Shown: in pieces, positions 10,647-20,392 of the stretch
Numbering within the stretch: the stretch's first letter is position 1
Layout of the letters: the number at the start of each line of letters is the position of its first letter
From: a metagenome
Sequence record: k141_463225
DNA: 32,000 nucleotides
Strand: one strand, 5' to 3'
Position numbers and translations under genes: made by a program
Notes under the pieces: generated by a model
Told to the model about the DNA's origin: nothing
Seen by the model: only the letters and a program-made list of their open reading frames with translations
Databases searched by the model: none

Positions 10647-10691
10647 ATGTCTTCATTGCCGCCGTATTCAACGTTTCGAACGGATTCAAAG
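10647..10691 (+). CDS. Putative short first exon (MSSLPPYSTFRTDSK) of the tandem Cys3His-module protein
   Basis: ATG at 10647 and 15 codons are followed immediately by the donor GTAAGC at 10692. Phase 0 joins in frame to 10923. This is the same short-exon-1 layout as the clathrin and VPS25 genes in this window. There is no homology support. Confidence 0.45.
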
Positions 10692-10922
10692 GTAAGCATG
10701 TGACTCCCGATACTAAACTACCGTAGAGGTGAACGTGGACTGAGGTAGAGGTGGCATATTTGTACCGACAGCCAAGCAACGCTTATCATCTTCCATGCTA
10801 TCGAACTTGAGAATGGACTCAGGAGTTGGACTGATTCGTCGTTAAGCCAGCAGAATACTAATATACTAATATATATATATATATATATGTTCGTTCGATC
10901 TCTCTCACCATTTGTATCACAG
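10692..10922 (+). other. Putative spliceosomal intron (231 nt)
   Basis: Donor gtaagc; two TACTAAT branchpoint-like heptamers at 10856 and 10864; acceptor tatcacag ending at 10922. It contains an (AT)10 microsatellite. Confidence 0.45.
10869..10888. repeat. (AT)10 dinucleotide microsatellite
   Basis: Direct reading. Its last AT plus the following G creates the ATG at 10887 used by the ORF track. Confidence 0.9.
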
Positions 10923-12338
10923 CAAATGATGTATCCCCAGCAGCTCTCGCATGGGAACGTCTTGACCTTTACTCCACCGGGCTTCAACCAAATCTTGAAT
11001 GTTAAATTTCCAGATTGTCGTCTCGCTGTGTGTGAAAAATGCAAAAAGAACTACAAGACTCGCGACATGTGTCGCGTTCGAAATTCGCACACCACCGAAC
11101 CCTGGACAACAGCTTACGTTTGCTTCACGCTAGACGACAATTGCACAGATGACGACGGCAAATACATTGATAAGCCATTTGCAGTGAGAATGATTCAGTG
11201 GCAACCATATTGTGTCAAAACACCATTTGATCCCAAGACACCGGTATGTTCAGCCTGCAAGAAGACCAACCGTACTCGATCCTTTTGTCGTGACCGTCAC
11301 AAGCATCGTCAACTTCCGTGGTGTACTGTCTATGTTCTCTTGAGTCCTGCGGATAGCATCGACCCAGCAACTCGTGTGGCTCCGGAGAGTATCCCGATTG
11401 ACAACGCAGAAGAAAAGAGCGAAGTCGCTGGCGACGATAAAAAGGCTGTTCCTGCTTATGTTGAACCTAGTGCGGACCCGTGTGAGGCTGAACAAGAGAG
11501 TGAAGGCAAGAAAGCAAGAAAGAAGATCAAGGTTGCCGACGATGGTGAAGATATCAATGATATATCCGAAAGTCGCACCTTCCTTGCCAAAGTCTCTTGT
11601 CATGCCACTAGTGTCCATTGGTTGGAGCTCGCTGATTTCGATGTCGCTGACCAGCAAGCTGCCATGCAAGGCCTCGTTGCCCCGGATGGAGGGCATATGG
11701 CCATGGCTCGTCACCCAGGGATGCCTTCAGGTCCTCAAATGGATCCTGGTTACGCCCAGCACTTTGCTCATGCTATGGGATATGCCGCTCAACAACATCA
11801 AATGAGCCTTAAGAATCACCAGCAGTACTTTTACCAGATGCAGCAGCGGCAACACCAGCAGTACGCATCTCAGCAGGCTCAATGGCAAGCACAGTATAAT
11901 CATCAGTCACATATGCAGATGCCATTGACCAATGGCCAGCCGCCACAGACTCCAGGTGCTCCTCCTGTCACGGCGGGCGAGGCAGCTGCCCAGCAGTCAA
12001 AGCATCAACAAGGAGGCCCTCCGCACGACCAACTTACTGCTGTTCCCTATGGTCAGTGGCCAGCCCAACATAACCCGATGGCCTACCATCAACAAATGTA
12101 CCAAAACCAGATGAGCCAGTTCCAACAAGCCGGAGGAGTCATTCCACCTGGACTACACGGCGGCCCAGGAATGGACGGAGCCCCGATGCCTCCCCAGCCC
12201 CTGATGCATGCACCTTCCCCAGCACATCACTACCAACACATTCCTGATCATCAAAACAATGACTTGGAATCAGATTCTATACACGTTATGCCAGGGGGTG
12301 AAGAGGGCAACGATCCCAAGAGAGCACGTCATGTGTAA
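10923..12338 (+). CDS. Uncharacterised protein with two C-x2-C-x9-C-x5-H-x3-PW modules, an acidic linker and a long Q/P/M/H-rich C-terminal region
   Basis: Continuous ORF (track 10887..12338). Alternative starts are ATG 10887, or ATG 10926/10929 (MMYPQQ) if the upstream exon is wrong. Modules: CEKCKKNYKTRDMCRVRNSHTTEPWTTAYV and CSACKKTNRTRSFCRDRHKHRQLPWCTVYV. I do not recognise the family. Confidence 0.8.
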   Translation, partial: QMMYPQQLSHGNVLTFTPPGFNQILNVKFPDCRLAVCEKCKKNYKTRDMCRVRNSHTTEPWTTAYVCFTLDDNCTDDDGKYIDKPFAVRMIQWQPYCVKTPFDPKTPVCSACKKTNRTRSFCRDRHKHRQLPWCTVYVLLSPADSIDPATRVAPESIPIDNAEEKSEVAGDDKKAVPAYVEPSADPCEAEQESEGKKARKKIKVADDGEDINDISESRTFLAKVSCHATSVHWLELADFDVADQQAAMQGLVAPDGGHMAMARHPGMPSGPQMDPGYAQHFAHAMGYAAQQHQMSLKNHQQYFYQMQQRQHQQYASQQAQWQAQYNHQSHMQMPLTNGQPPQTPGAPPVTAGEAAAQQSKHQQGGPPHDQLTAVPYGQWPAQHNPMAYHQQMYQNQMSQFQQAGGVIPPGLHGGPGMDGAPMPPQPLMHAPSPAHHYQHIPDHQNNDLESDSIHVMPGGEEGNDPKRARHV

Positions 12339-12423
12339 CATGAAAGAAACTCTGCATAACCATTGTTACATGCTAACGTATGAAAAGTTTTCGCAAATTA
12401 CAAAGTGTCGGTGTTTCATTTAA

Positions 12424-12435
12424 GGGGGGGGGGGG
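12424..12435. repeat. G12 homopolymer in the convergent 3' spacer
   Basis: Direct reading of taaggggggggggggaatt, located between stop 12338 (+) and stop 12552 (-). Confidence 0.9.
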
Positions 12436-12551
12436 AATTGGCTTCCTATCTTTCCCGGTTACAATTTGTGAAGTTGCCAATGTCCGGAATTCATATTGTT
12501 TCAAGGAACGATGCTTCTCTACTTCAGCCACGATACCACAACTCACTCAGC

Positions 12552-13886
12552 CTAGCTTTTGAGATAGCCAAACTGCTTCAGGAGCTGCTCATTCTTTCTC
12601 CAATCTTTCTCTACCTTGACATTAAGCTGCAGGTGGACTTGCATTTGAAGGAAATCCTCAAGCTTTTCTCGGGCATCTATGCCAATAGCTTTCACAACCT
12701 CTCCGCCCTTTCCAATAACGATAATCTTTTGCGAGTCTCTTTCCACTAACACATTAGCTTCTATGCGGATCAGCTTCTTCTCGTCATTAGGTTTGGGCTC
12801 CCGAAACGTGACTATTCTGACTTCGCAGCAGTAGGGAAGCTCCTTGTTGAGCTTCCGGAAGAGGGCGGAACGTATTATTTCAGACGCAAAGAAACGCTCA
12901 GAGCGGTCCGTCAATGTTTCTTCGTCATACAGTGGAGGCCCAAGGGGCAACAGTTCCTTGGCGACATCATCGCTGATAAACTGGACGCCTTCGGGAAACA
13001 TGCCTAGGATGGGACGACCTAATTCACGAAAGGCAGCAGGAACATCAACTCCTCCTAAAAGTAGGGTTCTGAGTGCCGTCACACCCTTTTGATTCACTCC
13101 CTCTTCGGCTGACAGTGGAATAATTGCCATGGCCCGAGGAAGAAGCGATCGCCATCTTGTCACAGCGTCTTCCACTGTGATGGTTCGTCCTTCTTGTTCG
13201 TTTTCTTGTGAATCTGGGTTAACATTCCACTCCAAATCAACCTTATTGACGACTACAATGACAGGTTTTTTGCTGTTTTGGACCTTTGTAAAGAGGTCAT
13301 CGTCTGGGATAGGCGTACTGAAGATATCCGTCACGACCAGCAAAATGTCGGCATCGTGAAATGCCCCCATGACTGCCTCCATCATACCTTCTTGTAGTTT
13401 GTAGGCTGGATCTCCAATCACTCCAGGTGTATCCACCAAACACAATTGACGGTCATCCTTCGTTATCACACCTAAAATGGCATGTCGAGTCGTTTGAGGC
13501 CTTCGAGTTGCGACGCACAAATCTTCTTGTAACAATGCATTCATCAGAGTCGATTTTCCCATGTTTGGGGCTCCAACAATGCAGGTAAAACCACATCGAA
13601 AATCTTTCCCACCCGACGGTAGCCGTCCTTCGTAGGCAAACGTCGTTTCGTCGAGTTGTTGAAAAAGATCTGCTTGAGATTGAGACATATCCCATTTTTT
13701 ATCGTCGTCATTCTCGCTGGTACTGCTTGAAGTACTTTCTAACTCATTCTCACTGGCAAAATAATGCGAGGTGATGAATTTTGTGGAATAAAATCCTCTG
13801 ATTTTATTTACTTTGAAAGCTTGAACTTGCAATATTGATACAGTTACAGTGAGAAGTAAAGATAATCGACGAACCATGATAGCCAT
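12552..13886 (-). CDS. era: Era-type GTPase with C-terminal KH domain, probable plastid-targeted precursor
   Basis: G1 GAPNMGKST, G2 PQTTRH, G3 DTPGV, G4 NKVD. The Era KH tail reads VERDSQKIIVIGKGGEVVKAIG..AREKLE......V.L.L.VKV...WR. The N-terminus MAIMVRRLSLLLTVTVSILQVQA/FKV is a signal peptide with Phe at the predicted +1 position. Confidence 0.9.
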   Translation of the reverse strand: MAIMVRRLSLLLTVTVSILQVQAFKVNKIRGFYSTKFITSHYFASENELESTSSSTSENDDDKKWDMSQSQADLFQQLDETTFAYEGRLPSGGKDFRCGFTCIVGAPNMGKSTLMNALLQEDLCVATRRPQTTRHAILGVITKDDRQLCLVDTPGVIGDPAYKLQEGMMEAVMGAFHDADILLVVTDIFSTPIPDDDLFTKVQNSKKPVIVVVNKVDLEWNVNPDSQENEQEGRTITVEDAVTRWRSLLPRAMAIIPLSAEEGVNQKGVTALRTLLLGGVDVPAAFRELGRPILGMFPEGVQFISDDVAKELLPLGPPLYDEETLTDRSERFFASEIIRSALFRKLNKELPYCCEVRIVTFREPKPNDEKKLIRIEANVLVERDSQKIIVIGKGGEVVKAIGIDAREKLEDFLQMQVHLQLNVKVEKDWRKNEQLLKQFGYLKS

Positions 13887-14030
13887 CGCAACTGAAAATG
13901 CTTTTAAAAAGAAGTAGAATCAAATAATTTATTTTCTTCACCTCAAGCCATCCAATCAATGATAAGTGATTGCACCCAGGCTTTCTGGTGCTCTCGACAG
14001 CCCGTACTTCGCCCGGTCGTACTTACAATC

Positions 14031-14125
14031 ATGGCGCTGCGCGGCTGTTGAGAACTAACTCTTGCTCAACATGGCCCTGCGCAGCAATCACTGGCTCCAC
14101 ATGGCTCTGCGCAGCAGTTGAAAAC
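14031..14125. promoter_or_regulatory. Three direct copies of an ATGGCNCTGCGCRGC-type motif in the Era/clathrin divergent promoter
   Basis: Copy at 14031 is atggcgctgcgcggctgttgagaac, at 14071 atggccctgcgcagcaatcactgg, and at 14101 atggctctgcgcagcagttgaaaac. Copies 1 and 3 match at 21 of 25 positions. Spacing is 40 and 30 nt. Confidence 0.4.
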
Positions 14126-14390
14126 CGTCTGTGTTTCAACGCAGCAAACACGAACACTCCGATGCCTGATTGTCTGTGTATTCACAAAACTGTTGAGCAG
14201 ACATGGTCCTGTTTTCTTGCGCGAAAATTGTCAACCGCTATCAGTAGGCACACAAGGGAAGAGTCCATAAAAAGCAGTAGTGCAATACGTTGATGAATTG
14301 AAAAAGTCAGTTTTCGGGCCACCCACCTCGTTACTTTCCTTTTCTCTCCCTCCCTTTAGCGCTCTCTATCATTTTATTTCTTTTTCTATC

Positions 14391-14429
14391 ATGGCTCAAG
14401 TTCCGATCATCTTCAGCGAGGCCTTGAAC
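14391..14429 (+). CDS. CHC: Clathrin heavy chain, exon 1 (MAQVPIIFSEALN)
   Basis: Animal CHC starts [20 protein letters not shown]. Here MAQVPIIFSEALN joined to LQQLGV reproduces that alignment without a gap. The donor GTAAGT follows immediately at 14430. Confidence 0.85.
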
Positions 14430-14946
14430 GTAAGTCATTTCTCTCGATCGGTGGATGTGGCATTTCTCTCAACGGCACTACCACGTAGGATTTAGTAGAG
14501 TTACTACTGGTCTATGATAAAAGATACGTGCTTTCGTCGAAGGCCTTCTATGGGAATCTATCAAGTTTTTCTTCTGCCTTTGTCTGATGCTTCAAAGACT
14601 GCATCTTGTTGCGCAATGTTCGACGATTTACGAATGTTCGTAGATATGGTGAAAGTGTTATTGACATAATGCATAAAGGAAAATGTATTCAGTCTTGGAT
14701 TGGCGCTTTCAGCCTTGGATATTTGTTAACGAACTTTCTGCCGCTTTGTTGCCATTGGCGGAATCAAATCTTCTTGCCTAAAGTGGTGTTGAATGGTGTA
14801 TGATCGAGACCTTGAAGATATAGATCCTGTCAATACATACGGGATTTATCGATCGTGTGATTTTTGAAACGTCGCTCCACGGAAGCTGAATCTGATTGCA
14901 CCCAATGCTAACCTTTCCGTTTCTGACTTTATCCCCCATCCAACAG
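14430..14946 (+). other. CHC: Spliceosomal intron of the clathrin heavy chain gene (517 nt)
   Basis: Donor gtaagt; branchpoint-like tgctaac at 14906-14912; pyrimidine-rich tract; acceptor caacag ending at 14946. Phase 0 on both sides. Confidence 0.8.
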
Positions 14947-17900
14947 CTCCAACAACTTGGCGTCCCAGAGGCATCTATCAAACATGGCTTGACAACTATG
15001 GAATCAGACAGGTGGATTGTTTCTGTTGAACCCACACAGGTCACCTTGATTGATCTGCAAAATGGAGCACAGGTCACGCGTCGTCCTATCCAGGCTGAGG
15101 CTGCTATTATGAATCCTTTGCAGAACATTCTTGCTCTACGCTCCGGTACAACTCTTCAGATCTTTAACCTTGATACAAAGGCTAAGGTGAAGTCGCATGC
15201 AATGCCGGAACCTCTGGTGTTTTGGAAGTGGACGAGTGGAAGCAACTTAGCCCTCGTCACTGCTACCTCCGTTTACCATTGGGCTCTCGATGGACCTGGT
15301 GCTCCTGAGAAGGTTTTTGATCGTCATACGACTCTTGGACCCAACACTCAGATCATCAACTATAAAGTCTCCCCCGATGGTATGTGGTGTGTCCTTGGGG
15401 GTATTTCGGCTGGAGCGGATGGTGCCGTCAACGGTAACATGCAGCTGTATAGCATTGAAAAGAAGGTATCACAGCCTCTTCAAGGACACGGCTCCTCGTT
15501 TGCCGTCATCAAAATCACTGGGCGCCCGGACCCAGCACAGGTCCTTGTCTTTCACGAGAAGAAGCCAGAAAGCCCAAATCACCAGCTTTTTGTCATGGAA
15601 ATAGGTCGTGACCCTGCACGCGGAGCTGCCTTCCGTCTTGCTCCGACTGTTATTCCTATCGCCCCCGACGCTGCCGCTGATTTTCCTGTTAGTCTTGTTG
15701 TTTCAGCCAAGGACGAAATTGCTTACCTTTTGACCAAGATGGGATACGTTTACATGTTTGACATTCAGTCTGGAAAAACCATGTATCGCGCTAAAGTGAC
15801 GACAGACACGATCTTCGTGACCTGCCCACAGGAGTCAACTGGCTCTGTTTTCGGCATCACTGTTCGCAAGGGTCAAGTCTTTCGCATCCAGATTAACGGT
15901 CCTGCCGTTGTGCCGTACATCACCTCTACCCTTCGCGATAACGACCTTGCTATCAAAGTTGCTGCACGTCTTGGGTTGCCTGGCGCCGAAAACTTGTATG
16001 TTGCCGAGTTCGAACGAATGATTTCATCTGGAAATGTTGTGGAGGCTGCGAAGCTCGTTGCAGCTAGTGGAAATACTTTACGTACACCTGCCACAATAGC
16101 CCGTTTCCAGCAGATTCCTGCACAGCCCGGACAGCCCCAACCAGTTTTCCAGTACTTTTCCACCTTGTTGGAAAGTGGCCGTCTGAACCAACAGGAGGCT
16201 ATCGAACTGGCGAAACCCGTTCTTCAGCAGGGTCGCCCTCAGCTCATGGAGAAGTGGTTGAAAGATGACAAGCTTGAGTGTTCTGAAATGCTTGGTGATC
16301 TTATCATGCCATCTGATACTGCCATGGCATTGAGCGTTTATTTGCGTTCCAATTGCCCTGGAAAGGCTATCCAGTGCATGGTTCACCGTGGAGAGTACGA
16401 TAAGATTGTCCCATATGCCTCCAGCGTTGGATTCAAGATGGACTACAGTACAATGTTGAGTCAGCTTCTTGCTACAAACCCCGCAGGTGCCCTTGATCTC
16501 GCGAAGGGTCTTGTAAGCGCCGAAGGCGGTCCTCTTATTGATATCCAGGCAACTGCTGAGGCATTCTTGAGTAGTAACCGTGTTCAGGAGACCACTGCCT
16601 TCCTTCTCGAGGCTTTGAAGGATAACAAGCCAGAGCATTCTTATTTGCAGACGAAACTCCTCGAGATTAACTTGATTGGAGGGGCCCCTCAGGTTGCTGA
16701 TGCCATATTACAGCAGGGAATTCTCACACACTATGATCGCCCTCATGTCGGAAAGCTGTGCGAACGTGCTGGTATGTGGCAGCGTGCTGCTGAGCATTAC
16801 ACCGAGATTTCTGATATCAAGCGTGTGTTTAAAAACAGTCACCAAATGAATCCCGAATTTGTTGTAAGTTACTTTGGAAAGCTAAACCGTGAACAGAGTA
16901 TCTCTCTCGTCAAAGACATGCTGAGTCGTGGGCCTCAGAACATGCAACTTTGCGTAGAAATAGCAAAGAAATATCACGAAGAGCTTGGATCAGAGAGTCT
17001 CGTAGAAGTTTTTGAGCAGGCCAAGGCGATTGAAGGTGTTTATTACTACTTGGGTGCTGTGGTGAACTTTTCGGAGGATCCTTTCGTCCACTTTAAGTAC
17101 ATACAGGCTTCGTGTATGCTTGGGCAGTTTAAGGAAGCCGAGCGTGTTTGCCGAGACTCCAATATCTACGTTCCCGAAGAAGTGAAGACATACTTGAAGG
17201 GAGCGAAGTTACCCGACCCACGTCCACTTATTCATGTTTGTGATCGGTTCGACTTTGTTGACGAGCTTACAGAATATTTGTACTTGAACAGTCTCCTACA
17301 ATACATTGAGGTGTACGTAACTAAAGTTTCTCCTACGAAGACGCCCATGGTTGTCGGAAAGCTTTTCGACCTTGGCGCCAACGAGGATTTTATCAAGCGT
17401 ATCCTCATGGCTGTCGGAACAGCATGTCCTGTTGATGAACTCGTCGAGATCGCCGAAACTCGTAACCGCCTTCGTCTTCTTCAGCCATGGTTGGAAGCCC
17501 GCGTTGCCACTGGATCCACCGAAGCTGGTACCCACAATGCTCTCGGAAAGATTTACATCACTCTCAACAAAGATCCAAAGGCTTTCTTGTTGAATAACAT
17601 GTTTTACAACCCAAAGGTTCTTGGGCCGTTCTGCGAGTCGCTTGATCCTCAGCTTGCTTTTATCGCCTACAAGAAGGGCGCTGGTGAATGTGATGATGAC
17701 TTGATCCGCATCAGTCACGCTCATGGTTTGTATCGTGACCTTGCGAAGTATCTCGTCGAACGTCAAGATTTGGAGCTTTGGGCAAAGGTATTGATTAAAG
17801 ACGAAAGTGAAGAAAAGGAAGATCCTCAGCGCCGCCAGTTGATTGATCAGATCGTAGAGTGGGCTTTACCAGAGAGCACCAACGCCGACGAGGTTTCCTG

Positions 17901-20088
17901 CACCGTTAAGGCGTTCATGGCTGCCGACCTTCCCGGAGAACTCATTGTGCTCCTTGAACGCATCGTCCTTCAGGGATCTGACTTCTCCGACAACAAGAAT
18001 CTTCAAAACTTGCTTATCCTCACAGCTATTCGTGCCGACCCCAGTCGTGTCTCGGGATATATTGACCAGCTTGATAACTTTGATGCTAAGGATATCGCCG
18101 TAATTTGTGTTTCTGAAAGCCACATGTTGTACGAAGAGGGTTACAATATCTATACCAAATTTTCCAAGCCTGAACACACGCAGGACAAGGATGAACAGGT
18201 TGAGATGCAGGTACTTGCTATCGGAGTCATTGTTGATTGCATGAAGGATCTTGACCGCGCTAAGGGATATGCAAGCCAGTGCGACGAAAAACCAGTGTGG
18301 TCCAAGCTTGGAAAGGCCCAGCTCGAGGAGAAATTTCCTGCAGATGCCATCGAGAGTTTCATTAACGCTGATGACCCCAGCGAGTATGTCAAGGTGTGCG
18401 AAGCCGCCAACGAGGCGGAGATCTGGGCGGAGCTCATTCCTTTCCTCAAGATGGCGAGAAAGACCCTCCAGGAGAACATTCTGGACACTGATCTTATTTA
18501 CGCCTACGCCAAGACCAACGATTTGACAGAACTAGAGGTATTCGTCAATGGTCCGAACGTTGCCAACATTCAGAACATTGGAGACCGTTGCTTTACGGAG
18601 GGACTCTATCGGGCCGCCAAAATTTTGTTCATCAACATTAATAACAACGCAAAGCTGGCTCTCTGCCACATCCACCTCGAAGAATATCGCGAGGCCGTCG
18701 CCGCGGCGTCCAAGGCCAACAACGTTTCTACATGGAAGTATGTCTGCTTCGCCTGCCTGCGTGCAGGAGAGTTCCGACTTGCCTCCACCTGTGGCCTCGA
18801 AGTTATTAAATACCCGGATCATGTTGACGAAGTCGTCACCTACTACTCGGACTTGGGATACTTCACACAGCTGGTCGCTCTTTTCGAACAAGGAATTGGG
18901 TTGGAAGATGCCCACATTGGTATCTTCACTGAGTTGGGAGTTATTTACACGAAGCATGTCCCAGAAAAGGTAATGGAGCATTGCAAGGTCTTCTTCAGCA
19001 AAATTAACGTCTCCAAGGTTGTACGAGCATGCGAACGTGCACGGCTATTCAAGCCTGCCGTGTACTTGTATATGACTGATAAGCAGCACGACAGTGCCAT
19101 CAAGATAATGATGGAGCGTGCCAATGCCTGGGAGAATGACTTGTTCTTGGATGCTGTGACAAAGGTCCGGAATCAAGAGGTTATGTACAAGGCGGTTGGA
19201 CATTATGTCAACACTCACCCGGCACTTTTTACAAGATTGATGGAAGTGCTGGAACATCTAGTTGATCACTCCCGTATTGTCACCCAACTGAGACGTACTG
19301 GTGATTGGGCGATCCAACTGGGACAAGATTACATGAAATCCGTTCAGAAGTATAACCTGTCTACAGTGAACGAGTCCCTCAATGAAATGTATGTTGAGGA
19401 TGAGGACTACGAATCCCTACGAAAATCTATTGATACGTTTAACAACTTCAATATGATTGCACTCGCTTCCAACCTGGCATCACACGAGCTCCTTGAGTTT
19501 CGCCGAATTTCTGCATATGTGTACAGAGGTAACAAGAAGTGGAATCAATCTATTGAACTTTCGAAGAGTGATCACATGTGGAAAGATTGTATCGACACTG
19601 CCAACGAATCTACTGATAGCGAAATTATCGAAAGCTTGCTCAGATTCTTCTGCGACTCTTCAGAAAAAGAGTGCTTCAGCGCGTGTTTGTATACTTGTTA
19701 TACTCACATAAGCCCTGACGTTGTGCTGGAACTTGCATGGTTCAATGGATACCACAACTTCGTTGTTCCTTACTTTATTCAGAATTTCCACCACACTTAC
19801 GCACGCATGGAGGCTTTGGAGAAGCGTACTGCTCCACCAAAGGAAGAGGATGCACAGCACGAAATCGCTGCCACCTACGGCAATTTGGGTGGATTTGGTG
19901 CAGGTGTTTTAATGCTTGAAAATGGAGGTGGTATGGGAGGTGGACTTCCAGGTGGAATCCCGATGCCAATGCCACAAATGGGAGGAAGCATGATGGGAGG
20001 ACCAGATATGTCATCTTTTGGTGTTTCTCAGCAACCGCAGATGGGAATGATGGCTAATGGGATGGGCTCACCCATGCCCATGATGTAA
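14947..20088 (+). CDS. CHC: Clathrin heavy chain, exon 2 (rest of the protein, about 1713 aa)
   Basis: The N-terminal propeller start LQQLGVPEASIKHGLTTMESDRWI corresponds to animal [24 protein letters not shown]. Clathrin leg repeat sequence continues throughout (e.g. NPKVLGPFCESLDPQLAFIAYKKG, RISAYVYRGNKKWNQSIELSK). The tail is G/M/P-rich. The track ORF start at 14896 lies inside the intron. Confidence 0.97.
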   Translation, partial: LQQLGVPEASIKHGLTTMESDRWIVSVEPTQVTLIDLQNGAQVTRRPIQAEAAIMNPLQNILALRSGTTLQIFNLDTKAKVKSHAMPEPLVFWKWTSGSNLALVTATSVYHWALDGPGAPEKVFDRHTTLGPNTQIINYKVSPDGMWCVLGGISAGADGAVNGNMQLYSIEKKVSQPLQGHGSSFAVIKITGRPDPAQVLVFHEKKPESPNHQLFVMEIGRDPARGAAFRLAPTVIPIAPDAAADFPVSLVVSAKDEIAYLLTKMGYVYMFDIQSGKTMYRAKVTTDTIFVTCPQESTGSVFGITVRKGQVFRIQINGPAVVPYITSTLRDNDLAIKVAARLGLPGAENLYVAEFERMISSGNVVEAAKLVAASGNTLRTPATIARFQQIPAQPGQPQPVFQYFSTLLESGRLNQQEAIELAKPVLQQGRPQLMEKWLKDDKLECSEMLGDLIMPSDTAMALSVYLRSNCPGKAIQCMVHRGEYDKIVPYASSVGFKMDYSTMLSQLLATNPAGALDLAKGLVSAEGGPLIDIQATAEAFLSSNRVQETTAFLLEALKDNKPEHSYLQTKLLEINLIGGAPQVADAILQQGILTHYDRPHVGKLCERAGMWQRAAEHYTEISDIKRVFKNSHQMNPEFVVSYFGKLNREQSISLVKDMLSRGPQNMQLCVEIAKKYHEELGSESLVEVFEQAKAIEGVYYYLGAVVNFSEDPFVHFKYIQASCMLGQFKEAERVCRDSNIYVPEEVKTYLKGAKLPDPRPLIHVCDRFDFVDELTEYLYLNSLLQYIEVYVTKVSPTKTPMVVGKLFDLGANEDFIKRILMAVGTACPVDELVEIAETRNRLRLLQPWLEARVATGSTEAGTHNALGKIYITLNKDPKAFLLNNMFYNPKVLGPFCESLDPQLAFIAYKKGAGECDDDLIRISHAHGLYRDLAKYLVERQDLELWAKVLIKDESEEKEDPQRRQLIDQIVEWALPESTNADEVSCTVKAFMAADLPGELIVLLERIVLQGSDFSDNKNLQNLLILTAIRADPSRVSGYIDQLDNFDAKDIAVICVSESHMLYEEGYNIYTKFSKPEHTQDKDEQVEMQVLAIGVIVDCMKDLDRAKGYASQCDEKPVWSKLGKAQLEEKFPADAIESFINADDPSEYVKVCEAANEAEIWAELIPFLKMARKTLQENILDTDLIYAYAKTNDLTELEVFVNGPNVANIQNIGDRCFTEGLYRAAKILFININNNAKLALCHIHLEEYREAVAAASKANNVSTWKYVCFACLRAGEFRLASTCGLEVIKYPDHVDEVVTYYSDLGYFTQLVALFEQGIGLEDAHIGIFTELGVIYTKHVPEKVMEHCKVFFSKINVSKVVRACERARLFKPAVYLYMTDKQHDSAIKIMMERANAWENDLFLDAVTKVRNQEVMYKAVGHYVNTHPALFTRLMEVLEHLVDHSRIVTQLRRTGDWAIQLGQDYMKSVQKYNLSTVNESLNEMYVEDEDYESLRKSIDTFNNFNMIALASNLASHELLEFRRISAYVYRGNKKWNQSIELSKSDHMWKDCIDTANESTDSEIIESLLRFFCDSSEKECFSACLYTCYTHISPDVVLELAWFNGYHNFVVPYFIQNFHHTYARMEALEKRTAPPKEEDAQHEIAATYGNLGGFGAGVLMLENGGGMGGGLPGGIPMPMPQMGGSMMGGPDMSSFGVSQQPQMGMMANGMGSPMPMM

Positions 20089-20392
20089 GTGAATGAGAAT
20101 AAGATTTTCTTAGAAAGTACAGCAAATTGGGTCTTCTTTTCAAACTAAAAATGTGGGTAACATCTTCTTCGCGAAAAGACTCCAACGGCAAGAATTTCTA
20201 ATTATAATCCGATAAAATTCCAAGTATAATAAAGTTAGTTTCTCTATAAAAATATTTCGTCTGCTTTGTTGTCCATACGATACCTGCTTTGTTATGAGCG
20301 GCATTTTGATCCCTGTTTTTGGACCATAACTTAAGTTCTGTCATGAGATACTCCAGAGTGAAGGGTCAAATGATGTGACGAGGTACTCAAGT

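Noticed and set aside
12424-12435. G12 tract as a functional terminator or G-quadruplex element
   Set aside because: A single homopolymer without flanking G-runs or hairpins is insufficient evidence. I recorded it only as a simple repeat.
13970-14293. 107-aa ORF in the Era/clathrin intergenic region
   Set aside because: It starts on a non-ATG codon. Its composition is driven by the triplicated GC-rich promoter motif, and it has no recognisable domain.
14430-14946. Possible intronic C/D-box snoRNA in the long clathrin intron (ATGATCG at about 14801, CTGA at about 14886 and 14892)
   Set aside because: The C-box is degenerate (UGAUCG rather than UGAUGA). I found no clear terminal stem or rRNA-complementary guide, so this cannot be supported by eye.
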